A DNA stretch of 64,000 nt from Candidatus Oxydemutatoraceae bacterium (lineage in GTDB: Bacteria > Pseudomonadota > Gammaproteobacteria > Poriferisulfidales > Oxydemutatoraceae): contig OZ244717.1 in the NCBI GenBank assembly GCA_965218975.1, positions 800,001 through 864,000 of the forward strand, written 5' to 3'. Made by a program: the position numbers and the translations under genes. A model generated the notes under the pieces. That model saw nothing but the letters and a program-made list of their open reading frames with translations. It ran no database searches and had not been told where the DNA came from. Shown in pieces: positions 57,401-63,565 of the stretch (positions within the stretch are counted from its first letter, which is position 1; each line of letters begins with the position of its first letter).

Positions 57401-58069
57401 GACGGTAAAGATGGCGAGGAGGACGGTTCAGCCATTCAAAAACCCGCTGTAGGTCTATTTTCAGTGGTAATAAGGTCGGTGACGGAAAATGCAATGCCGC
57501 ATTGGTCTGCGCTGATTGCCGAGAGCGAGGAGGATGCCGAAATAATAGGGATTGGCACACCACCGGCCTACGCAGGCAGCGGTGTCTATGATTTTGAAGT
57601 AATTTTTGATGTGGATAACTTTGACTTGCAAGCGCGGGTGGTTATTCCGCAACGTGAACCTATAGTCGAAGGCTCGGTCTATTACGAATATATCAATGGC
57701 GATTGGTGGGAGATTGATATGTCCGAAGCCGATCGTACCTATTCGGCGCCGAGGACTTCAGACAATCCTTGCCCAAGTCCCGATGCTATAGCGTATTGGA
57801 CGCCGGGTCTCAATGCGGGCCATCGCTGTGTGCTGCTGGAGGTCACAGATGGCGGGTTGAATGATGCCGATAGTGAAGCAAACGGCATTGTTGCAAATAC
57901 GGGTGCGATCGGCGGTAGCAGTGTCGTCGTCGATAGACGGCGCGGCGGCGGCGGTGCGGTCGGCTTGTGGTGGCTGCTTCTGTTCGTCGGTATCATTTTG
58001 GCGGCGATGGTCTTGAAACGCCGGAATGCAAGACCGACGCGGCGGATTTCACTTCAAAGTTTGCGCTAA
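42425..58069 (+). CDS. Giant repetitive surface protein/adhesin (LRR, PKD-like, FN3, Calx-beta, cadherin; GlyGly-CTERM anchor)
   Basis: Signal peptide from the ATG at 42425 (..VEPAHA-QT); five 132-aa repeats; LRRs (LNLSLNELSSLPAGVFNGL); FN3 (LTNGTSYLFQVRAVN); Calx-beta (VTIVDDD); cadherin (APDFENPTDADMNNNY); C-terminal GGGGAVGLWWLLL..KRR. The ORF is open from 42314. Confidence 0.92.
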   Translation: MLKFCCSRALPRAQSFSFGLCLLAVLIASVYVEPAHAQTAPAIIDINIVSQPALGGTYLFDETIEVALTFDETVIVTGVPLIELNIGGPSTARYVSGSGRDTLIFAYTVEADVFDGGAGISVVENALAQDGDIDMGHRGGAGVAIVSDDDTPINLSNSARDFPDVRVDGRDNPTLTAIDIVSQPALGGTYLFGETIEVALTFDETVTVTGVPLIELNIGGPRTARYVRGSGNDTLIFAYTVEADVFDDGDGISVVENTLAQDGDINMGHRGGAGVAIVSDDDTPIDLSNSARDFPDVRVDGRDNPTLTAIDIVSQPASGDTYLFDETIEVALTFDETVTVTGVPLIELNIGGPRTARYVRGSGSDTLIFAYTVEADVFDDGDGISVVENTLAQDGDINMGHRGGAGVAIVSDDDTPINLSNSARDFPDVRVDGRDNPTLTAIDIVSQPALGGTYLFDETIEVALTFDETVTVTGVPLIELNIGGPSTARYVRGSGSDTLIFAYTVEADVFDDGDGISVVENTLAQDGDINMGHRGGAGVAIVSDDDTPIDLSNSAQDFPDVRVDGSDNPTLLLLGYTGFYALVGDFFTAGRELAMPLITGPNANGYLLQSVELPVTRPDVAGFSDLTVALRSASEDGPGDVLATFTAPGDDVSGRPTFTLPSRAFLQPNTTYFISYLNNSTATFNFFAAQIGDLETGSFEWISAISPNCGANDPTITLCLYIRDMPSAPWGGAPLITGVPAEYFGALITRTEVRIIDIVSQPASGDTYLFDETIEVALTFDETVTVTGVPLIELNIGGPSTARYVSGSGSDTLIFAYTVEADVFDGGAGISVVENALAQDGDIDMGHRGGAGVAIVSDDDTPINLSNSARNFPDVFVDGRLLCARTLQVREAILNALPGVTDCAAITDADLNSIIELDLAEMEITALKVRDFAGLAAMTTLNLSLNELSSLPAGVFNGLVALTALNLNNNQLSDLSAGIFNFLPTSLTELTLHENELSPAAFPDGVFERFRSLRSITLFGNPGSDSFRPLANAGPERTVRVGETVTLDGIATDGGPFGTNLIFAWLQAEEDAIPITLTGADTATPTFIVPTDAPVGSVFRFDLRVTGRGEYRASAQAPAEHLTTYDRTTVTVTILAPTGLSATAGHKRVILEWMTGDGGGSAITHYQYRQKADGEDFSGWMNIPDGDDADSDAGNETSYTVTGLTNGTSYLFQVRAVNALGAHSEATAEVGARPFLIEIATGDLAITDFYAGPFSGLLDITPNEQVIARPVFVFVGFIGGVRMSGIEPDEIEIGNGEILLVRVGDECGFATPVPDNVICIEILPTGPNGSQLTMSLPADVADLGNAAAPDFYRREIVRSDGIMAEAVSMPDGPILTSEPFVVTFTFSGDGILIGIRGAAADNVPFPLEDYLEPEEIEVVYSPPAPSGGTFIRLEVSNSSASMGHTNIDITLRARQRYEGVLTVILPAGSARNIYGDSLPETSFSIEVDTFHPIGIVASSTFVVEGTTAVFTLMRDGLIDRETEVTVEVTETNEMVAAADEGRKSVAFAAGSSTAIFSVPTVEDISDEDDSVVTVRVNEVGSDYVVDMTQNIATVTIRDNDAVPDAPADLAAAAGDTYAVLSWDAPADPGASPIERYEYRASSDAGTVWNPDWTDAGDATSGVRTQVVSNLTNDTEYTFEVRAVSAIGNGTTAQVTATPSSATAVFILMFNPTEYTVNESEGRVELTLRLTGVGRAPQDKVTVTVSTRDGSAVTPQKYAAINNATIVFEPEEGVTELTQTVTVQIVNDIVLTPDDQSFSVVITDGTAAHSDDTVVIDRGRSEATVTIFDDGVGPRWDYTQELPSTVNESTAMNTVSIRLGQGEGLFDGIYTIMLEVGGTATFGEDYIIEFVSGRNVGSRTLPFTKGDRLMRPIEFMDGRDDESGIHIRELRLRLVVTDDTVYEADETIELRLTTSHPAATVSDDTTQTITLIDNDTTPVLSLSVGAIVIDEGASVDITVMTTATGSVYAEDQTITLEFTGDAMPEDDYTVSVDGSPLSSPYELTLPAGASSVTATITATEDTEIEADETITLTARHEGDTIGEETIMITDNDADVVTYTVSFDPTEYTVNESDGQVELTLTLIDEGRDPRGVVSVAVVTRGNSALGSLDYVTVPSNNPNLVEFNPGDVRLMSVIQILDDAILETEEIFEVLIFSVSAEHSDDEVVIGLGQDEATVTIVDDDAELNAAPVFTSSLSFEVNEGQTVVGMVTAEDANIEDEVMYSITGDADDVLFAIDPSSGELSFAAAPDFENPTDADMNNNYMLTVAAIGGTNVRALTTTQAITVTVLDVPTTITITADEAEVTEGESAVFVFERTDATDAPALTVNITVDATVGVLADAAPEMVTFDAGSATAELSLATDDDTLEEDDSVVTVTIIDDVGYRIGIENSASVRVVDDDVNVAPVFSSSESFEVNEGQTVVGTVTAEDANPQDEVMYSVTGGVDEALFTIDSSSGELSFTTAPDYENPMDADMNNNYMLTVTASGGTDARALTTTQAITVTVLDVVTTITITADEAEVIEGESAVFVFERTDATDAPVLAVNITVDDPDGVLAATAPEMVTFDAGSATAELSLATDDDTLEEDDSVVTVTIIDDVGYRIGIENSASVRVVDNDAVPGAPAELAAAAGDTHAVLSWDAPADPGTSPINHYEYRASSDAGTVWDPDWTSAGDATSEVRTQIVTDLTNDTEYTFEVRAVSAAGNGAAAQVTATPSSATAVFILTFDPSEYMVNESEGRVELTLRLTGVGRAPQDAVTVTFSARDGSAIAFEDYSGQQVENAEVVFSSANAQLSETLNIPIVDDIVFEPDDESFSVVIDNVSAAHSDDTVVIDRGRSEATVTIVDDGLAPIWNLQELPSIVNESTAMDTVSIILQNEGEALVEFYTIMLEVGGTATFGEDYIIEFVNAFILTGGSATIIPLTEGELLMRPIEIRDGPTISLGVLSFRLVVTDDTVYEADETIELRLSVTGHPAATVSDDTTQTITLIDNDTTPVLSLSSLSVGATEINEGASTDVVVEITNESVYAEDQTIALEFTGDAMPEDDYTVSVDGSPLPSPYELTLPAGASSVTATITATDDTEIEVDETITITARHEGDTIGEETITITSNDADVATFTVSFDPAEYTVNESDGQVELTLTLIGEGRGPQDDVTVTFSARDGSAVTFEDYVGQQVENAEVVFSSANAQLSATLNIPIVDDIVFEPDDEVFSVVIDDVTAAHSDDTAMIDQGEATVTIVDNDDEPELVLSVDMTAIDEGASVAIRIEITSEELTTESVFAEDQTITLEFDGTATEDDYTVSVDGSPHELILKAEEFEASATIMALIDDMTAEGNETIMITARHEGEMIGEETITIIDNVAPVFSGEVIFEIEEGLTMVGTMTAEDANPQDEVRYSVTGDGADDALFDIDPSSGELSFTTAPDYENPMDADTDNVYMLIVTAVGGTDVRALTTTQAITVTVLDVVTTITITADEAEVTEGESAVFVFERTDATDAPVLAVNITVDDPDGVLAAAAPEMVTFDAGSATAELSLATDDDTLEEDDSTVTVTIIDDVGYRIGIENSASVRVVDDDVNVAPAFTSAASFEVNEGQTVVGTVTAEDANIEDEVTYSITGGADDALFDIDSSSGELSFTTAPDFENPTDADMNNNYMLTVTASGGTDARALTTTQAITVTVLDVATTITITADEAEVIEGESAVFVFERTDATDAPVLAVNITVDDPDGVLAATAPEMVTFDAGSATAELSLATDDDTLEEDDSVVTVTIIDGADYRIGIENSASVRVVDDDVNVAPAFISAASFEVNEGETVVDTVTAADANIEDEVMYSVTGGADDALFDIDSSSGELSFTTAPDYENPTDVDTDNVYMLIVAAIGGTDVRALTTTQAITVTVLDVVTTITITADEAEITEGESAVFVFERTDATDAPVLAVNITVDDSGGVLAAAAPEMVTFDAGSATTELSLATDDDTLEEDDSTVTVTVIGGMDYAVGIENSASVRVVDDDVNVAPAFISAASFEVNEGQTVVGTVTAEDANIEDEVTYLITGDGADDALFDIDSSSGELSFTTAPDYENPVDADEDNNYMLTVTASGGTDARALTTTQAITVAVLDVATTITITAAEPMVTEGEPAVFVFEGTDASDLFVFFTVVESGEVLVAPTPSGISFGPASETVMLSVATIDDTLEEDDSTVTVTIGVDDMGFYEVGIENSASVRVVDNDVNVAPVFTSAASFEVNEGETVVGTVTAADANIEDEVTYSITNGADDALFDINPSSGELSFAIAPDVEADKVYMLTVTATGGTDARALTTTQEIEVTVLDVPTTITITADEAEVIEGEPAMLTLSRTDATDAPALTVNITVDATVGVLADAAPEMVTFDAGSATTMLSLATVIDDTFGVRTVTVTVNDGVDYEVGIENSAEVRVVDKDVVPGAPANLAAEAGDTQAVLSWDVPADSGTAPIDRYEYRVSADGGNIWDPDWTAAGDATSEVGTQIVSNLVNGTEYTFEVRAVSAAGNSAAARITATPIVDDTGASLTLRRIGDKNGYDLIADVLANAEVSADGSFEVAVGSDIVSCTGCDSLEAFTACEDTSQLCPLKFDDENRRLFLQQLGFTAVIWRAKDANGNIFTGGAEITDYDIDGSLEGVAFAQLFYVAPIVGLANRSQYIPQDSSSTITIEIDVRSAELELELELGLEAEDFSVEGTLPPWTFTSMPLAVIADGAALEDGNSATIRLLENDLSMDSEMPGLPTLSNPGSETDIMVVYNDPSTRFYTVTRSLFIVRELDVPASFGFRVPFRVLALVDNEERRYVKVSELADQGLTFKSTPAETGVLVRGEWTVNIIDDLTNPESEAFEIPACPDDTTECSVMGNFTPTEETPLVIRGVFAGAGFDANSSERLTTTITQTIYVNIVDDQLLPDRIDDLDVDGVRDVYAAGDDSAMSNVKFNRDNREFLYAGDETENDRGLTLIITTGDGKDGEEDGSAIQKPAVGLFSVVIRSVTENAMPHWSALIAESEEDAEIIGIGTPPAYAGSGVYDFEVIFDVDNFDLQARVVIPQREPIVEGSVYYEYINGDWWEIDMSEADRTYSAPRTSDNPCPSPDAIAYWTPGLNAGHRCVLLEVTDGGLNDADSEANGIVANTGAIGGSSVVVDRRRGGGGAVGLWWLLLFVGIILAAMVLKRRNARPTRRISLQSLR
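42564..44135 (+). repeat. 396-bp intragenic tandem repeat x4 (fifth copy at ~44694-45060)
   Basis: ATATCGTATCGCAACCGGCAT recurs at 42564, 42960, 43356, 43752 and 44694. Confidence 0.95.
49094..55760 (+). repeat. ~642-bp cadherin + Calx-beta-like module repeats (two blocks, about 7 copies)
   Basis: Recurrent NVAP..FEVNEG..APD(F/Y)ENP..TITITADEAEV..IENSASVRVVD with a period of 642-645 bp; interrupted at ~50370-52580 by FN3/Calx-beta units. Confidence 0.85.
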
Positions 58070-58145
58070 AGCTGATCTGCCCGGTATGTATTTGATGCCG
58101 GTTTAAGTCGGATACAATACTCCCGCAGCGAGTGTACGATGCCAC

Positions 58146-58687
58146 TGTACGATGGCACCCTAAATAGGATTCTTGAAGCGCTTCCAGAGAAGCGTTCGGC
58201 AGTAACATTCGGATCAGTGCTTTCTGTCCGTTGGCGGCATGAGGGCGGTGCAAAGGGTGAGACGCGCCCGGAAAACCGATCGGTTTTCAGCGACGAACGA
58301 CCCGACAAGGACGTCGGGACCGGGCCGGGGTTCATTCATAGAACCAAGTCTCGTCATGAACGACAAACACTGTGCCGACAACCCGTCGGCGCCTCTTGCG
58401 CGGCGCTTTGCCGCGATCATGCAATGCACTGAGTCCAATGCGGCGATAATGTCGGCACCGGCGGTACAAAGTACTGCGACCGACCTTGAATGCGTTAGGA
58501 GGTTACACCCTCCCAAAATGAGGACAGCATATTTCTGTCGAGGCTTAGAGCGCTCGTGAACCTCCATTTTGTTGGCTAAATTGGTTCATATAGAAACCTT
58601 TGATGCGGTGGCCAATGTGTTGATATTGCATATCGGTCACCTTTTTGAGTTAAGCTGTGAGTCCCCATGTGTATACGGCACTATACA
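58146..58687 (-). mobile_element. Non-coding TGT...ACA element (MITE-like), right copy, inverted
   Basis: TGTACGATGGCACC ... CGGCACTATACA; reverse complement aligns with 41276-42098. The inner end is partly duplicated at 58133-58145. Confidence 0.65.
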
Positions 58688-58782
58688 CTCTAGGACACTA
58701 CAACGGTTTTTTGGCGGAAGTTGGGTAACCCTATGAAAAATAAAGGATTTATTTCTCAATCTAGACAAAACCTACGAAGTCA

Positions 58783-58813
58783 ACAGCGGTCGCTTGAATC
58801 AGGCGACCGCTGT
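58783..58813. terminator. Strong hairpin downstream of ppc (possible terminator)
   Basis: ACAGCGGTCGCTTG-AAT-CAGGCGACCGCTGT; no clear U-tract. The stem is decayed in the duplicated copy at ~40871-40901. Confidence 0.35.
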
Positions 58814-58901
58814 GCCGTTGCAGGCATTTCTTGTATTAAATGAGAGCATTATTTTTTTCACCATAATTGTCTCCTATTCTTTGTATTTTCTTTGTGAAAA
58901 T

Positions 58902-61640
58902 TTAACCTGTCCAACCTAATCCGGTGGCGATGCAATTAATTGACAACAATAGCGCAACCAGTTTTTTTTGATAGACTTCTTCCTGATCGGGGCTTAAACT
59001 GCGGAACTCTTCTACCAATTTAACTTGTTCCATACCTGCCTGATCCACAACAGCCTTACGTCGTTGCAAGTAGCGCAAAAAGTATGGGAATCTTTCGCAT
59101 AGCGTTTTTTCCCCAGTGATTTTCAGCAGCATTTCAATACTCAATAAATACTCTTCTCGGATTAGTTCGAAGATTGTATCTCGGATGGTTCGATCCGTTA
59201 CCAGACCGGCGTATGCGCGGGCAATTTCAAGATTGACTTGCAATAGATTTCTTTCCACTTCATTGACGATTAATGCAAGCGGAGGATAGCACTGTGACAT
59301 TTTAATTAGCAAGGGTAATTCTTTTTGTTCAACCATATACCGAACCGCAGCGCCAAAACCAAACCAACCCGGCACCATCATACGATTTTGCGACCATGCA
59401 AACACCCATGGAATGGCGCGTAAGTCGTCTAGAGATTGACTGTTTGAACGGCGTGCGGGACGTGAACCGATTTTTAGCAGTTTCAACTCTTCGATGGGGC
59501 TTGCCTGCCGATAAAATTCAACCAACCCTTTCTGTGCCGCCAATTTTCGATATCTCGCGTATGACGTCTGTGCCATTGTTTCCATTATTGCGCGGTAGGA
59601 ATCGGGATATGTATCGTCGCTGTTAAACTCTGTCAGTAGGACTTGTTTGAGTGTGCCGACGCATAAGGCTTCCAGATGATATTCTGCGGTACCGCGGTTG
59701 GCATATTTCGCGGATACGACTTCGCCTTGTTCGGTCACGCGCATTTTTTTGGTGATCGTTAGAGGAGGTTGCGCCAAAACCGCTTCATCAATCGGAGCGC
59801 CGCCGCGACTACTAGACCCGCCGCGACCATGAAAAAATGACACATGGATTCCGAGTTCTTTTCCGCTATCGTGTAGCTTGGATTGCGCTTTATTCAACTC
59901 CCAGTTGGAGCAGAAAAATCCCCCGTCTTTATTAGAATCCGAATAGCCGATCATGATTTCTTGGAGGTGATTATTTGTAGCAATCGTGCGTTTTACGACG
60001 GCACATTCGAATACTTCCTTTAAAGTGCTCGGTCCGCGGCGCAAATCGCCGATTGTTTCTAACAGCGGAACAATCAGGATATTGCAATGTTTATTATGAT
60101 TCTTGCCGGAAAACAATCCGGCAAATTTTGCTAACAGGTACGCATTAAGCCAATCGGCGCTTGATTGCGTCATGCTTAAAATGAAATGATTAATTTCACG
60201 ATCGCGCAGGGTACGCTTTGTATTACCAATGGTATAAAAAGTATTTAAGGTCTCGGTTGTCGGTTCCGACAATGTCGGCCATTCAGGCAATCGTTCCCAT
60301 GGAGCATCGATTTGTTCAATCAACCATTGTCGGTACGCGTTCACGTCGGAAGGTAGTTGTTGTTTAGTTTTTTCCAGCAACTCATGCAACGTGTCGTTAA
60401 TGCGTTGTGAATGTTCTCTAAAATCAATCCCAAACGTATGAAATCCGAAACTCTTAGATTTTTTAATCAGTTGTAAAACATCATAGTAAGCGATTTCCTC
60501 AGCACCTATGTCGCACAAGCAACGATAAATCACTTCTAATTCATCGCAGAAATCATCAATGTGACTATACTGCGGAGTACCCCGACTGTGCCAGGTGTGT
60601 TCTAGTTTATCCAACATGCATTTTAAGTACTGCCGAAATAGCTCACCGGGATTACGCGCTTGGATTTCTTCTTGTTGCTTGGTTTCGGCAAATAGTTTGT
60701 TTAATTCCGACTTAAAATAATCCGGCACTTTGACGGCATGTTCGGCAATGCTGAAGTGGGAAAGCAGCGTTCGAAGCTCGCGGTACAGGTGTGTAAACGC
60801 GGCAGTGCGCGCGGTTTGTAAGGCTTTGGCTGAGATATCCGCGGTTACAAAAGGGTTCCCGTCACGGTCCCCTCCGATCCACGAACCGAATTGCAAGCGC
60901 GGAAGTTGAGTACCGGTGCGATGTTCAGGATAAAATTTGCCAAGCGCTGTATCTAGACGTAGATGTAGCGTGTTTATTGCATCAAATATCGAACTTTCGA
61001 AAAAATATAATCCCCAAGCAATTTCATCCTCGACTGATGGTTTTTCCCGACGAATTTCGCCGGTCATCCATAACAAATCTATTTCTCCGTACAGTTGCAC
61101 AATCAGTTTATTACGCTCGTTCGGAGTCCAACGTTCTAACTCCAACTGTTTTAGCAACAGGTAAATGCGGCGATGTATCTTAAGTACCGTGATACGCTTT
61201 GCTTCGGTCGGATGAGCGGTAATGACGGGTTCAATATATAGTTGTTCGAGATTTTTACGAATATTGGTATATGGAATGCCTAACTTTTTTGTTTCGCATA
61301 ACAGTTGCGCAAAAGTGTTGTCGTTATATTCGGTTCCCAAATAGGTTTCAATTTCACGTCGCCGTCGGATGGAAGTGTTTTCTTCAAGAATGTTGATTAA
61401 TTGAAACCAAATGCTCCGTGCCTGCATCGTGTACAGTAACTCCTGATCGTCGGCGGGGCGTTTTTCTCCTTCGAATAAAGGTCTGATTTCAGGGTGTCGT
61501 TTGTCGATAATACGTAGGAGTAAATCCTTAAATAATTGTTTTAGATTTTCAGCGTATCTGTAAGCATATTCCCGAATTTCCTCAATATCCGAACCTTGAG
61601 CAGGTGGCGCTGCCGGTTCGAAATGAGGAAACTTTTGCAT
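58902..61640 (-). CDS. ppc: Phosphoenolpyruvate carboxylase
   Basis: VITAHPTE, SWIGGDRDGNP, MIGYSDSNKDGG, FHGRGGSSSRGG, LRAIPWVFAW; C-terminus GLGWTG. Confidence 0.96.
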   Translation of the reverse strand: MQKFPHFEPAAPPAQGSDIEEIREYAYRYAENLKQLFKDLLLRIIDKRHPEIRPLFEGEKRPADDQELLYTMQARSIWFQLINILEENTSIRRRREIETYLGTEYNDNTFAQLLCETKKLGIPYTNIRKNLEQLYIEPVITAHPTEAKRITVLKIHRRIYLLLKQLELERWTPNERNKLIVQLYGEIDLLWMTGEIRREKPSVEDEIAWGLYFFESSIFDAINTLHLRLDTALGKFYPEHRTGTQLPRLQFGSWIGGDRDGNPFVTADISAKALQTARTAAFTHLYRELRTLLSHFSIAEHAVKVPDYFKSELNKLFAETKQQEEIQARNPGELFRQYLKCMLDKLEHTWHSRGTPQYSHIDDFCDELEVIYRCLCDIGAEEIAYYDVLQLIKKSKSFGFHTFGIDFREHSQRINDTLHELLEKTKQQLPSDVNAYRQWLIEQIDAPWERLPEWPTLSEPTTETLNTFYTIGNTKRTLRDREINHFILSMTQSSADWLNAYLLAKFAGLFSGKNHNKHCNILIVPLLETIGDLRRGPSTLKEVFECAVVKRTIATNNHLQEIMIGYSDSNKDGGFFCSNWELNKAQSKLHDSGKELGIHVSFFHGRGGSSSRGGAPIDEAVLAQPPLTITKKMRVTEQGEVVSAKYANRGTAEYHLEALCVGTLKQVLLTEFNSDDTYPDSYRAIMETMAQTSYARYRKLAAQKGLVEFYRQASPIEELKLLKIGSRPARRSNSQSLDDLRAIPWVFAWSQNRMMVPGWFGFGAAVRYMVEQKELPLLIKMSQCYPPLALIVNEVERNLLQVNLEIARAYAGLVTDRTIRDTIFELIREEYLLSIEMLLKITGEKTLCERFPYFLRYLQRRKAVVDQAGMEQVKLVEEFRSLSPDQEEVYQKKLVALLLSINCIATGLGWTG

Positions 61641-61670
61641 CCTGGCTCTATGGGCAAGGCCCAGCGACGC

Positions 61671-62651
61671 TTAAGCGATTTTGTCTTTAAGCGGCTGGTT
61701 GCTCAGATAGGCGCGTAGATTTTCCAGCACGCGCATACCCATTGCAATGCGGGTTTCTGCGGAAGCGCTTCCAAGGTGCGGTAGTAACACAGCGTTTTCA
61801 AGATTGAGAAAGCCGGGATTCAGTTGAGGTTCCCCTTCAAATACATCCAGTCCGGCTCCGGCGATTTGTTTCTTCTGCAAGGCGGAAATCAATGCCTGAT
61901 TATCAACCACGTCGCCACGTGCGGTATTAATTAAGTAAGCATGTTTTTGCATTTTGTCGAGCATTTTTTCATTGATCAGATGATGAGTCTCTTTGCTACC
62001 GGGGCAGTGTATCGACACAAAGTCGGATTGTGCAAGTAAGTCCTCAAGAGAGTCGCAAGCTTGTGCATCATATTGAGCGGCAACTTCCGGCGCCATTTCA
62101 AACGGGTTATAGTAAAGGATACGCATTCCGAATCCAAAATGCGCTTTCTGAGCCACCGCCGTCGCAATCCGCCCGAAGCCGACCAAACCTAAAGTTTTGC
62201 CGGTGACTTTTGTGCCGATCATATGTGTCGGTCGCCAGCCTGTCCAACCACCGGAACGAACTTGCCGCTCGCCTTCTCCCGTACGGCGGGCAATCATTAA
62301 TAGTAAAGTCATCGCAATATCGGCGGTGCAGTCGGTGAGTACTTCGGGAGTGTTGGAAATCGCAATGCCCGCCGCTTTTGCCGCGTCCAAATCAATGTGA
62401 TTGAAGCCGACACCGAAGTTGCCTAAGAATTTGCACTGAATATCCGGAATACTAAGGGCTTCTGCGTTCAAGGAATCGGTTACAGTCGGCAGCACGCATT
62501 CGGCGCTACGCAGTGCGTTTTGCAGCTCTTCTTTATTCAACGGACGATCATCTTCATTTAGAACAACATCGTCCGAAATGGTTTTCAGATCTTCTTCGAC
62601 CGCTTTTGGCCAACGGCGAGTAACGATAATTTTTGGCGCACGCATCATCAC
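61671..62651 (-). CDS. D-2-hydroxyacid dehydrogenase (glyoxylate/hydroxypyruvate reductase-like)
   Basis: GVGFNHID, NTPEVLT, GFGRI, INTARG, GLDVFEGEP, LPHLGSA. Confidence 0.88.
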   Translation of the reverse strand: MMMRAPKIIVTRRWPKAVEEDLKTISDDVVLNEDDRPLNKEELQNALRSAECVLPTVTDSLNAEALSIPDIQCKFLGNFGVGFNHIDLDAAKAAGIAISNTPEVLTDCTADIAMTLLLMIARRTGEGERQVRSGGWTGWRPTHMIGTKVTGKTLGLVGFGRIATAVAQKAHFGFGMRILYYNPFEMAPEVAAQYDAQACDSLEDLLAQSDFVSIHCPGSKETHHLINEKMLDKMQKHAYLINTARGDVVDNQALISALQKKQIAGAGLDVFEGEPQLNPGFLNLENAVLLPHLGSASAETRIAMGMRVLENLRAYLSNQPLKDKIA

Positions 62652-63535
62652 AATGCCTGCAAAGATTGTTTCATGGTTGATCCGAGTTCGGAAGGATTAG
62701 GTGCGATCACGGCGCCGGCTTCCTGTAAAATTTCCACTTTCTCTGCCGCAGATTCGCCTTTCCCTGAAACAATCGCACCGGCATGTCCCATGCGCCTTCC
62801 TTTCGGAGCTGTCAGTCCGGCGATATAAGCGATCACTGGCTTTTTCATTTCCGTTTTGATGTACTCGGCAGCTTCAGCTTCTTGTGGTCCGCCAATTTCA
62901 CCGATCATCATCACAGCCGCAGTTTCCGGATCTGCATTAAATAAACGCAAGATATCCGTATGCGAACTGCCGTTAATCGGATCACCGCCGATACCGACGC
63001 TGGTCGAAATGCCGATATTTTTCGCTTTGAGTTGTGATGCCGCCTCATAACCTAGGGTCCCTGAACGCGCGACAACGCCGATGTTTCCCAGCATATAAAT
63101 ATGCCCCGGCATGATCCCCAGCAGCGCTCTCCCCGGAGTGATCGTTCCGGCACAGTTCGGACCGGTCAGTATCATTTTATCTTCTTTACGATAGCGCCGC
63201 ATAAATCGCTTGACGCGCATCATATCCAGTGTCGGGATGCCGTCGGTAATACATACACAATAGCGGATGCTAGCGTCGGCTGCTTCCATAATCGAATCGG
63301 CGGCAGCGGCGGCGGGTACAAATACAATGCTAGTGTCCGCTTCGGTGACGGCAACCGCTTCTTTCATTGTGTTAAACACCGGTCGATCAAGATGGGTTTT
63401 ACCGCCTTTACCCGGAGTAACTCCACCGACAATATTGGTACCGTACTCTATCATTTCTTTTGCATGAAAAGTACCGATTCTACCGGTGAACCCTTGCACA
63501 AGGACTTTGCTTTTTTCAGTAAGTAATATCGCCAT
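62648..63535 (-). CDS. mtkB: Malate--CoA ligase (malate thiokinase) alpha subunit, SucD family
   Basis: SucD fold (GGVTPGKGG, GPNC, MGHAGA) with MtkB-like segments FHAKEMI, DMMRVKRFMRRY, LGIMPGHIY, RSGTLGYEAA. Confidence 0.75.
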   Translation of the reverse strand: MAILLTEKSKVLVQGFTGRIGTFHAKEMIEYGTNIVGGVTPGKGGKTHLDRPVFNTMKEAVAVTEADTSIVFVPAAAAADSIMEAADASIRYCVCITDGIPTLDMMRVKRFMRRYRKEDKMILTGPNCAGTITPGRALLGIMPGHIYMLGNIGVVARSGTLGYEAASQLKAKNIGISTSVGIGGDPINGSSHTDILRLFNADPETAAVMMIGEIGGPQEAEAAEYIKTEMKKPVIAYIAGLTAPKGRRMGHAGAIVSGKGESAAEKVEILQEAGAVIAPNPSELGSTMKQSLQAL

Positions 63536-63565
63536 TTTCCGTTACCGTTTTGTGTAAATTGATAT

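Larger units (their letters stand above)
40999..58783 (-). mobile_element. Non-autonomous IS1634-derived element (~17.8 kb) carrying the giant surface protein gene
   Basis: TIR CTTGACTTCGTAGGTTTTG at 40999-41017 followed by a transposase 3' remnant. IS left-end homology at 58688-58783 ending CAAAACCTACGAAGTCAA. Long direct repeats outside both ends. Confidence 0.82.
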
